Assembly: GCA_964435435.1 (NCBI GenBank)
Contig: CAYSZJ010000002.1
Location: forward strand, 7,468 to 71,467
Source: an uncultured archaeon
Lineage (GTDB): Archaea > Asgardarchaeota > Lokiarchaeia > Sigyniarchaeales > SOKP01
Length of the DNA stretch: 64,000 nucleotides
Direction of reading: 5' to 3'
The translations under genes were made by a program, and so were the position numbers. This document shows positions 38,999-47,587 of this stretch, piece by piece. The first letter of the stretch is position 1, and the number at the start of each line of letters is the position of its first letter. Below the pieces are notes generated by a model. It worked only from the letters and a program-made list of their open reading frames with translations. It made no database searches and was not told the DNA's origin.

Positions 38999-39807
38999 TA
39001 TCCACCTATATATCTAATTGTCTATATAAATTTTTTATTAAATTGTTCGAATATCTTAATTACTCTTCCTAACAACTCTATGAGTTGTTGATTTTATTCC
39101 AATTAAATTATAATCTAAATAATATTTAAATAATTTGATAAGAATAATTTTAATCAGTTTGACAATTCTTCTTTTCGATTTCTATTTTTAACTATTCAGT
39201 TTTTCATTAGTAAGATTTGTTCTTTTACATTTTTTCGTATCAATTTATATTCAAAAGATTTCAATTTGAAAATTATTTTTATCAAAATTAATGACAAAAA
39301 AATAAAATGAAAAAGTTTGATTACTTTTTATACTAAATTAGTATGAATTTAATAAGTAATCTAACATTTTAAAGCAATTTTTTATTGATAGAGTATTTTG
39401 AAATCAAACGCCTTATTAACGAATATGACAAATCTATTAGTTATTAATTAGCAAATTCTTTAATTCTTATAGAAATTTTAAGTATTTCAAAAATATCGTT
39501 AAATAAGATTTGTAAATTGTAAATAAAGTTATTCATTTCCGTCATTATTTTATGAGAAATTGTAATTTATTATCATTTTATTGTTTAGAAATTTTAGTTT
39601 TCTATGATTTTAGTATTAGATTAGATCAGATGAATCATGAGAAAGTTATATTTGGAGTAAGGATTTTTAAGTTTAAATTACTTTTTATATCATAGAGATA
39701 GATATTTTTGAAAAAATATTTTGAAAAAAAACACACATTAATGTAAAAATTATGTAATTAATTGCTAAAAATATATAGTTTTGGTTTAAAAAATTGGTGA
39801 TTTATAC

Positions 39808-39954
39808 ATGTTAATAGAAGAAAAAGAAAATAAAGAAATTTGCCCTAAATGTGGGTCGAAACTAGAAGATAATAGCTATATATACAGACATAAAGCACCT
39901 AGTGGTTTTGAGTGTTATAAATGTGGGTATGTCGAATTTTATCACGAGGAATAA
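39808..39954 (+). CDS. 48-aa zinc-ribbon ORF (below the ORF-track cut-off)
   Basis: MLIEEKENKEICPKCGSKLEDNSYIYRHKAPSGFECYKCGYVEFYHEE. A GGTGAT motif lies 8 nt upstream of the ATG, and the stop is 6 nt before the hdrD-like start. Confidence 0.5.
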   Translation: MLIEEKENKEICPKCGSKLEDNSYIYRHKAPSGFECYKCGYVEFYHEE

Positions 39955-39960
39955 TTACCT

Positions 39961-41211
39961 ATGAATTCTTCTATTGGTAATAAAATTAAATTTAGTAAGT
40001 CTAACCTTCACATTTCAGAGGAACTTATTAAAAATGTAAGAGGAATGGTAAATTATTGCTATAATTGTAATCGATGTGTAAATGTTTGTCCGCTTTCGCA
40101 TTTAAACGTTTTTAATCCAAGAAAGTTGATTGAAGATTTAATATTTATTTCATTAGAAGAAGCATTAAATAATAATAATATATGGAATTGTCTCACATGT
40201 AGTCAATGTAATATATATTGTCCAATGTGTCAAGAGGATCGAGGATTAAGAATACCTGAATTAATTTTAGAATTGAGAAAGACGCTAAGAAATAATAAAA
40301 CACAAATTAAGAGAATTTCTCAATGTGAAACACATAATGATATTTTCCCATTAATTTCGAAAATAATGGCAAATAATTCTATTAATCCAAACAAATTAGA
40401 ATTTTTAGAGGAAAAACTATTAAAAACGACAGACTCGGGCGAAATTGCATACTTTATTGGATGTTTACCTTTAATGGACGAAATTTTTTATAATTTCGAT
40501 TTCAAATATATCGATATAGCTATTACAATAATAAGTTTACTTAATAAAGTTAACATAGCACCAGTAGTTTTAAACGAAAAATGTTGTGGACATGATATTT
40601 TATGGGGAAGAGGTGAAATTAAAACTTTTAAAAAATTTGCTGAATACAATACTCAGCTTTACAGAGATGCTGGGGTAAAAACAATTATTGTTGGATGTGC
40701 TGAAGGATATAGAACATGGAAATTTGATTATCCAAAAATAATAGAAGATTTTGATTTTAAAGTCTTGCATTTTTCTGAATTTTTTCTAAAAGAAAAAATT
40801 CTTGAAAATGTTAGATTTCCTCATAATTTTGAGGTTAAAGTAACATATCATGATTCTTGTCGAATGGGGCGTTTAGGTGGAAAATTATATAATGCCCCAA
40901 GAGAATTAATTAATCAAATTCCAGGAGTACAATTGATTGAAATGGAGAATATTAAAGATGATGCTGATTGTTGTGGTGTTTCAACATTTACAAATTGTAA
41001 TGAATTTACCCATGTTTTAAGGAAAAATCGTATCAATGAAGCTGTTAATACTGGTGCAGATTATTTGATTGTTCCTTGCCCAAAATGCCTAACACATTTT
41101 AATTGCTATATTAATGAATTTTCTTCAAATAAAGAACATAATGAACTAAGAAATAAAATAAAGGTGGTAGATTTAGCAAGTTTTATTGGAAAATTGTTAA
41201 TGCTTGTTTAA
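39961..41211 (+). CDS. hdrD: HdrD/GlcF-like Fe-S protein (2x[4Fe-4S] plus two CCG domains)
   Basis: CYNCNRCVNVCP and CLTCSQCNIYCP. CCG-domain motifs YFIGCLP..CCGHD and YHDSCRMGR..CCGVS. Confidence 0.8.
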   Translation: MNSSIGNKIKFSKSNLHISEELIKNVRGMVNYCYNCNRCVNVCPLSHLNVFNPRKLIEDLIFISLEEALNNNNIWNCLTCSQCNIYCPMCQEDRGLRIPELILELRKTLRNNKTQIKRISQCETHNDIFPLISKIMANNSINPNKLEFLEEKLLKTTDSGEIAYFIGCLPLMDEIFYNFDFKYIDIAITIISLLNKVNIAPVVLNEKCCGHDILWGRGEIKTFKKFAEYNTQLYRDAGVKTIIVGCAEGYRTWKFDYPKIIEDFDFKVLHFSEFFLKEKILENVRFPHNFEVKVTYHDSCRMGRLGGKLYNAPRELINQIPGVQLIEMENIKDDADCCGVSTFTNCNEFTHVLRKNRINEAVNTGADYLIVPCPKCLTHFNCYINEFSSNKEHNELRNKIKVVDLASFIGKLLMLV

Positions 41212-41266
41212 ATTATTCTTACAAGCTGGAATTTATAGTTTACAAATTTTTTAGGAGCTATGATAA

Positions 41267-44200
41267 ATGTCGAATTTGCAGAGTAGTGTTTTAGTTATCG
41301 GAGGTGGAATTGCTGGTATACAGACATCATTAGATCTCACTAAATTAGGTTTTAAAGTATATTTAGTCGAAATTAAGCCAACGATAGGAGGAACCATGGC
41401 TCAATTAGATAAAATATTTCCTACACTTGATTGTAGTTTGTGCATTTTAGCTCCAAAAATGGTTGATGTGTATAGAAATCCAAATATAGAATTATTTTCT
41501 TATTCTTACGTCAAAAAAATTCAAGGATCAGTTGGAAATTATACTATTACTGTTGTAAAAAAGCCAAGATATATTAAAGAAGATGTTTGTAAAGGCTGCG
41601 GAGAATGCGAAAAATTTTGTCCAGTTAAAGGGATTCCTAGCGAATTTAATACCCATCTAAAAACTCGAGGTGCTATATATATTCCTTTTCCATCATCAGT
41701 ACCTCCAGTTTATCTTATTGATAATACAAGATGTTTATATTTAAATTATAGAATATGTGGACTTTGTGCTAAAGTTTGTGATGCAAATGCGATAGATTTT
41801 TTACAAAAACCAGAAGAAATAAATTTAAATGTAGGAGCTATTGTTATTGCTACAGGAAATAACCAAGAAATGCCAGAGGTATATGATTCTTTTGCTGGTT
41901 CCTCCCCCAATGTTTTATCTAGTATGCAATTTGAACGTCTTTTATCTGCAAATGGACCTACTAGCGGTCAAATCATAAGATTAGATGATAAAAAACATCC
42001 TCATTCAATTGCTTTTATACAATGTGTGGGTTCTCGAGATGTTCATCATCCTGAATGTAAAAAATATTGTTCTGCAATATGTTGTATGAATTCGGCTAAA
42101 GAAGCAATTGTTGTTAAAGAACATGATCCAGATATTGAATGTTATATTTTTAATACAGAAATCAGAGCTAAAGGTAAGAATTTTTATGAATTTATTGAAA
42201 AAGGTAAAATTGAATATAACGTTAAATATATTAATGGTCATGTTTCATATATCAAAGAAAATTTAGATAACGGGAAATTAAAATTATATTACGAAGATAT
42301 TGATAAAGGAAAAGTTAGAACTTTTGAAGTAGATATGGCCATATTAGCTAGTGCATTATCTCCAACTCCCTCTTACTATAAACTTTTGGAACAACTTAAT
42401 GTGGGTTGTAACGATTTAGGTTATATTCGTGAAGAAGATATAATCTTACTTGAAGAAAAGAATATATTTGTAACTGGTTATTCTAGAAAACCAAATGATA
42501 TTCAAATGGCTGTTGCTGAAGGTTCTGCATGCGCTGCCAAAATTAGTGAAAAATTATATCCTGTTAGATTTCAAAATATAAAAAAATTTAAATATCCTCC
42601 AGAAATACCGGTAAAACCAGAGGATGAACCTCGTGTAGGTATTTTAGTTTGTCAATGTGGTATTAATATCGGAGGTATTGTTAATGTTGCCGAAGTAGTA
42701 GATTATGCTTCGAAATTACCATATGTTGTTCATGTTGAAGAAAATATGTATTCCTGTAGTTCTGATTCCCAAGAACGAATTAAAGAATTAATAAAAAAAT
42801 ATAATCTTAATAGATTTATAGTTGCTTCTTGTACTCCTCGAACTCATGATCAACTTTTTAAGAATACTCTAAGAGAGGTTGGATTAAATCCATTTTTATT
42901 TGAACTAGTAAATATAAGAAACCAAGATTCTTGGGTCCATCAAAATGAACCTAAAAAGGCTACTAAAAAAGCATGTGATTTAATCAGAATGTATTTGGCA
43001 AAGGTAATTAATTTAAAACCATTAGAAAATATTAAAGTTAAAGTTGAAAAATCAACTCTAATAATTGGTGGTGGAATAGCAGGAATAAGTGCTGCACATA
43101 ATTTAGCAAACCAAGGATTTGAAATTTATCTTGTAGATAAGAAACCTTTTCTTGGTGGCGTCGCACTCGAATTTATTGATTTATATTATATACCTATTAC
43201 AAAAAATGAAATTTTACGGGAAATTAATGATTTGAAAAACAAATCTAATGTTCATATTTTATTTAATTCAAAAATAGTTGATATTCAAGGTTATGTTGGA
43301 AATTATCAGGTTAAAGTTAAGAATATTCAAGATAAATCAAAAGATCAAATTTTCAAAGTGGGTACAATAATAGTAGCCACGGGAACTAAACAAATTAAGA
43401 CTAGTAGATGGCTAGATTTATCAGAAAGATATCCTAAACGTGTACTTACCCAAACAGAATTAACAGCGATTAAGGATGTAGATATTCCTGGGTTTAAAGA
43501 TGCTACAATAATATTATGCGTAGATCAAAGAAGAAACGAATTTAATGACGGAGATAATATAAAAACCTATTGTTCAAATATTTGTTGTGGAGTAGCATTA
43601 AAAAATATTGAAAAATTATTAAACATCAACCCTAATGCGCATATTCATATTTTATATAGAGAATTTCAATTCTCAGATTTAAATGCTGAAAATCTATGGC
43701 GAAGGCTTCGAAAAAAAGTTATTTATGAAAAATATCGTTCAATTGATGATATCAAAATCAGTGATGAAAATGGTAATTTCCATATTTTATATAAAAACAT
43801 AGGCGCTCAAACAGATATAGAATATAATACTGATTTATTAATATTGGCTACCCCTAAAGTTCCTGCTAATGATACTGACCAATTAGCAAAGTTTTTAAAA
43901 GTATCAACAAATAAAGATGGATTTTTCTTAGAAGCTGATGCAAAGCTTAGACCAATAGATTTTGCAACAGAAGGTATTTTCCTATGTGGAGGGGCTCATT
44001 GGCCAAAATGGATTGGCGAAAGTATTATTCAAGCTTATGGAGCTGCTGGTAGAGCGGCAATAATAATGGTTAAAGGGGAAATAGAAACTGAATGTATAAC
44101 TTCTTATATAGATGAAGAAAAATGCATAGGATGCGGTGCATGTATTGAGATCTGCCCTTATAACGCTATTGAATTAGTTGAAACTAATAAACAAATGGGT

Positions 44201-44380
44201 TTATATACTACTACTTTAAGAAAAGCTCATATAATTGAAGTTGTTTGTAAAGGCTGTGGAGCTTGTGTTGTAGAATGCTCAAATGGAGCGATTAATCAAA
44301 ATCATTTTAGTAAATTTCAGATTAATAAAATGATTGATTTATTACCCAGTATAGATTTAATCAGTTATAAAGTTACTTAA
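41267..44380 (+). CDS. hdrA: tandem HdrA-HdrA fusion (Cys-type heterodisulfide reductase subunit A)
   Basis: 1037-aa ORF. Module 1: VLVIGGGIAGIQ, FPTLDCSLCILAPKMV, inserted ferredoxin CKGCGECEKFCP. Module 2: VGILVCQCGINIGG, IVASCTPRTH, NIRNQDSWVH, LIIGGGIAGISAA and a C-terminal 2x[4Fe-4S] (CIGCGACIEICP, CKGCGACVVEC). Confidence 0.85.
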   Translation: MSNLQSSVLVIGGGIAGIQTSLDLTKLGFKVYLVEIKPTIGGTMAQLDKIFPTLDCSLCILAPKMVDVYRNPNIELFSYSYVKKIQGSVGNYTITVVKKPRYIKEDVCKGCGECEKFCPVKGIPSEFNTHLKTRGAIYIPFPSSVPPVYLIDNTRCLYLNYRICGLCAKVCDANAIDFLQKPEEINLNVGAIVIATGNNQEMPEVYDSFAGSSPNVLSSMQFERLLSANGPTSGQIIRLDDKKHPHSIAFIQCVGSRDVHHPECKKYCSAICCMNSAKEAIVVKEHDPDIECYIFNTEIRAKGKNFYEFIEKGKIEYNVKYINGHVSYIKENLDNGKLKLYYEDIDKGKVRTFEVDMAILASALSPTPSYYKLLEQLNVGCNDLGYIREEDIILLEEKNIFVTGYSRKPNDIQMAVAEGSACAAKISEKLYPVRFQNIKKFKYPPEIPVKPEDEPRVGILVCQCGINIGGIVNVAEVVDYASKLPYVVHVEENMYSCSSDSQERIKELIKKYNLNRFIVASCTPRTHDQLFKNTLREVGLNPFLFELVNIRNQDSWVHQNEPKKATKKACDLIRMYLAKVINLKPLENIKVKVEKSTLIIGGGIAGISAAHNLANQGFEIYLVDKKPFLGGVALEFIDLYYIPITKNEILREINDLKNKSNVHILFNSKIVDIQGYVGNYQVKVKNIQDKSKDQIFKVGTIIVATGTKQIKTSRWLDLSERYPKRVLTQTELTAIKDVDIPGFKDATIILCVDQRRNEFNDGDNIKTYCSNICCGVALKNIEKLLNINPNAHIHILYREFQFSDLNAENLWRRLRKKVIYEKYRSIDDIKISDENGNFHILYKNIGAQTDIEYNTDLLILATPKVPANDTDQLAKFLKVSTNKDGFFLEADAKLRPIDFATEGIFLCGGAHWPKWIGESIIQAYGAAGRAAIIMVKGEIETECITSYIDEEKCIGCGACIEICPYNAIELVETNKQMGLYTTTLRKAHIIEVVCKGCGACVVECSNGAINQNHFSKFQINKMIDLLPSIDLISYKVT

Positions 44381-44396
44381 TTTGGGGAGAATTTTA

Positions 44397-44861
44397 ATGT
44401 TAAAAATTAAAAAAAAAGTAATAAAAGAATTTGAACCAAATATTTTAGTTTTTTGTTGTAATTGGTGTAGTTACGCGGGTGCAGACTTAGCAGGAGTCTC
44501 TAGATTCCAATATCCCCCGAATATTAGAATTATTAGGGTAATGTGTTCTAGCCGCGTTGAACCAGCATTTGCTTTAAGAGCTTTTAATAATGGAATAGAT
44601 GGAGTATTAATTATTGGATGCCATAAGGGAGATTGTCATTATATGAAAGGATTCGAATATACTGAAGTTAGAATGTATCATTTAAAGAAATTAATAAAAT
44701 ATATTGGAATTGAGGCAAATAGATTTCAATTACACTCAATTTCAGCAAGTGAGGGAAAACAATTTTCAGAGTTAATTAAAGATTTTACAAAGACAATTAT
44801 AGAATTAGGAGAATTAAAAATCCCTAAAAAATCTGGATTAATTGAATTAGAATATAATTAA
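44397..44861 (+). CDS. mvhD: MvhD-type [2Fe-2S] electron-transfer subunit
   Basis: ILVFCCNWCSYAGADLAG..VMCSSRV..GVLIIGCHKGDCHY. I prefer ATG 44397 (GGGGAG 8 nt upstream) over the track's TTG 44382. Confidence 0.85.
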   Translation: MLKIKKKVIKEFEPNILVFCCNWCSYAGADLAGVSRFQYPPNIRIIRVMCSSRVEPAFALRAFNNGIDGVLIIGCHKGDCHYMKGFEYTEVRMYHLKKLIKYIGIEANRFQLHSISASEGKQFSELIKDFTKTIIELGELKIPKKSGLIELEYN

Positions 44862-44881
44862 AAAAAAAAGAGAAAATTATA

Positions 44882-46000
44882 ATGACTGAATCAGAATCTC
44901 AGAAACTTTTGGACAATGAGGTAAAAACATTTGAAGATCTTGAAAATGAAGTAATTAAAAATAATAAGTGCTGTGCATGTGGAGCCTGTGTAGCATATTG
45001 TGAGAGTCAGGGTTTTAATGTTATTGAGATGAATGGATATATTCCTGGGTTTATATCAGAAAAGAGTGTTAGTAACTGTACTAAATGTGGTGTTTGTTAT
45101 TATATTTGTCCTCAAACTTCAACAATAATAGAAGAATTAAATGCTGCATATTCTATTGAAGATAATATTGGACATATTATAAAAATTTTAGCAGCTAAAA
45201 CAACAGACTCAGCAATAGAAAAAGTTGGACAAGATGGAGGAATAGTTTCAACAATCCTAAATTATTTATTTGAAAAAAATAAAATTGACGCAGCTATAGT
45301 TTCAGAATTTGATTATAAATTTAAACCAGTTCCAAAAATTATATTTAATAAAGAAGACTTGTTAAAATCAGCAGGCACACGTTATTCCATTTCTCCTCAA
45401 ATATTTCCTTTAAAGGATTTATATCATATTTCACAAGAAATAATTAAGAAAAAAAGGATTTTTGACATCGACCAATTACGCGTGGCATTTATTGGTACAC
45501 CTTGTCAATGTAGAGCAATAAGTAAAATGCGTTTCTTACATGTTAAACCAGCTCATGTTATTAAATATATATTAAGTCTTTTTTGTTTCGAAAATTTTGA
45601 TTATAGTAAATTATATGATATTTTGAGAAAAGAAACGAATGTAGATCCAATTAACATAAGAAAAACCTGGATAAAGAGAAATTTTTTTATAGCTACTAGA
45701 AATAATGAACAATTCGAAGTAAACATCAAAATACTAGACCCTGCTGTTAGAAAACATTGCCATGAATGTAATGAATTTACTGGTCGATTTTCGGATATTA
45801 GTATTGGATCATCTGGAGCACCAAAAGAATATTCAATGATAATAATTCGAACAGAAATTGGTTATAAAATAATAAAATCTATTCTTTCTTATGGATTAAT
45901 TGAACAATTTGTTGTACCAGCTAGCCAAAATGCAGATTGGATAAATAAGAAACTTAATTGGTATAATAAATTAATTTCTTTCAAAGCAAATCATAATTAA
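44882..46000 (+). CDS. FrhB/FdhB-family protein with N-terminal 2x[4Fe-4S]
   Basis: CCACGACVAYC and CTKCGVCYYICP. Also GQDGGIVSTIL, IGTPCQCRA and SDISIGSSGAP. Confidence 0.8.
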   Translation: MTESESQKLLDNEVKTFEDLENEVIKNNKCCACGACVAYCESQGFNVIEMNGYIPGFISEKSVSNCTKCGVCYYICPQTSTIIEELNAAYSIEDNIGHIIKILAAKTTDSAIEKVGQDGGIVSTILNYLFEKNKIDAAIVSEFDYKFKPVPKIIFNKEDLLKSAGTRYSISPQIFPLKDLYHISQEIIKKKRIFDIDQLRVAFIGTPCQCRAISKMRFLHVKPAHVIKYILSLFCFENFDYSKLYDILRKETNVDPINIRKTWIKRNFFIATRNNEQFEVNIKILDPAVRKHCHECNEFTGRFSDISIGSSGAPKEYSMIIIRTEIGYKIIKSILSYGLIEQFVVPASQNADWINKKLNWYNKLISFKANHN

Positions 46001-46040
46001 ATTTCTTTATTCTAAAAGATAATATAATCTTTAAAAAAAG

Positions 46041-46124
46041 AGTAATTGGTGTTCATATGCTGGTACAGATCTTGCAGATGTTAGTAGAATTCAATATACT
46101 CCTCATCTTAGAGTAATAAGAAAT
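46041..46124 (+). pseudogene. orphan fragment of an mvhD-like gene
   Basis: It reads SNWCSYAGTDLADVSRIQYTPHLRVIRN, against intact CNWCSYAGADLAGVSRFQYPPNIRIIRV. A stop lies immediately upstream, there is no start, and no homology downstream. Many differences are synonymous. Confidence 0.6.
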
Positions 46125-46190
46125 AAAAAAATAAGTTTGAAAAAAATAAATGCTTATTTATATTCATTTCTTATATTGATAGTATTGAAC

Positions 46191-47303
46191 TCAATTTACT
46201 GATTTGCCCTTAATAAAATTTTCAAATCGTTCTAGTTTGGATTGAGAAAATTGAATAAGTATATTTTTCATTTCATTTTTTTTTGTAACATCTAATTCTC
46301 CACAATTAATTATTCCTGCTTCGATTGCTTTTGAAAATACCTTTTTTCCTTTATCAGTTCGAGTAATAACTGTCGTAAATTTTTCTTGCGATCCTAACCC
46401 ACCAAAAGATATATCTGCATAGATATTAGTAAAATCCTTACATGCATTACATGCCGAACGCATGCAATCATTTAGTTTACTGAATGGGATATGTACGGTT
46501 TTTTCTCCTGATCTCCTATTTCTTAATCTAAGTATTAAATCTTTTTTAATATTTATCTTCTTGATATTCTCGAATTTTATTTTAAAATCCTTTTCAAATT
46601 TGTCAACTTTTATATTATCAAAAAAGAAATTTTCGTAACAAAACAATCCTAAGCAAATTTCTATATTCTCAGAGGGAACTATGCCTAAATCTTGCATACA
46701 TCTTATTGTATAAATTTGGCATGGCGTTCCAACTATTGCTAATTTTTTAAATTTAAATCTTTTTAATAATGGAAAGGAACTAGTGTAGGTATGAAATTTT
46801 TGAATTTCATCTAATTGCATCGAAATATCTAATTTAATACCTGAAGCATTAATTAAATCTTCTTTTGTTTTGGCGATGATAGCTTCTCTTGCAAAGGGAG
46901 TTTTTGTCTTAGCGACAATTGCTCCATCAATTAATTTTTGTTGTAACATAAAATGAATTAGTGAGTTTACAACACCTCCATCCGTTCCATAATTCAAAAA
47001 ATCTCTTTCTTTCGCCTGACAGGAATAAATATTATCTATATAACCTATAGGCTTTGAAGAAAAACCTGAAAATTTAAAGGTATCATTAAGCTCATCATCT
47101 AAAATATGCGTTTGTGGACAAATAACAAAACATATTCCACACTCAAGACATTTTTCCTCGTTTAAATATTCTGGGGGTGAATTAGGTTGCTTATAACCTA
47201 TTACATCTTGCTCAAGAGAATTACAAAAACTTACACACCCACCACATTGTTGACAAATACCTCTTTCATGTACTTCCTTTATCAAATCTTTAAATGTTTT
47301 CAT
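46191..47303 (-). CDS. FrhB/FdhB-family protein with N-terminal 2x[4Fe-4S]
   Basis: CQQCGGCVSFC and CLECGICFVICP. Also GTDGGVVNSLI, VGTPCQIYT and ADISFGGLGS. Confidence 0.8.
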   Translation of the reverse strand: MKTFKDLIKEVHERGICQQCGGCVSFCNSLEQDVIGYKQPNSPPEYLNEEKCLECGICFVICPQTHILDDELNDTFKFSGFSSKPIGYIDNIYSCQAKERDFLNYGTDGGVVNSLIHFMLQQKLIDGAIVAKTKTPFAREAIIAKTKEDLINASGIKLDISMQLDEIQKFHTYTSSFPLLKRFKFKKLAIVGTPCQIYTIRCMQDLGIVPSENIEICLGLFCYENFFFDNIKVDKFEKDFKIKFENIKKINIKKDLILRLRNRRSGEKTVHIPFSKLNDCMRSACNACKDFTNIYADISFGGLGSQEKFTTVITRTDKGKKVFSKAIEAGIINCGELDVTKKNEMKNILIQFSQSKLERFENFIKGKSVN

Positions 47304-47517
47304 ATTAATACCACTTCTTTTCTAATTCCATATTTTTTATTTTACATTTCGAAAATTTTTATGACTAATTAGATAAATCTTATGATCACTATGATAAATA
47401 TGGTTGTCATAACATTTTAATCTATTCGATATTGATAATTAGCTATAATTTGTAATTTAATATTTTTAAAATAAAAAATATTCTTATAAGAGAAAATAAG
47501 TAATAATTTAAAATAAT

Positions 47518-47587
47518 TCCAAAACCTCGTGCTACGAGTTAGTCTTCTCTCAACTATCATTTTCTTGAGAGTATCATTCGTTTTGGA
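47518..47587 (-). promoter_or_regulatory. candidate SECIS element (eukaryote-like, kink-turn type) in the hdrA 3' UTR
   Basis: mRNA sense, directly after the UAA: UCCAAAAC-GAAUGAUA-CUCUCAA-GAAAAUGAUAG-UUGAGAG-AAGACUAA-CUCGU-AGC-ACGAG-GUUUUGGA. It has an 8-bp basal helix and a 7-bp upper helix. AUGA on the 5' strand faces GA on the 3' strand (potential tandem G.A pairs), and the apical loop is A-rich. Confidence 0.55.
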
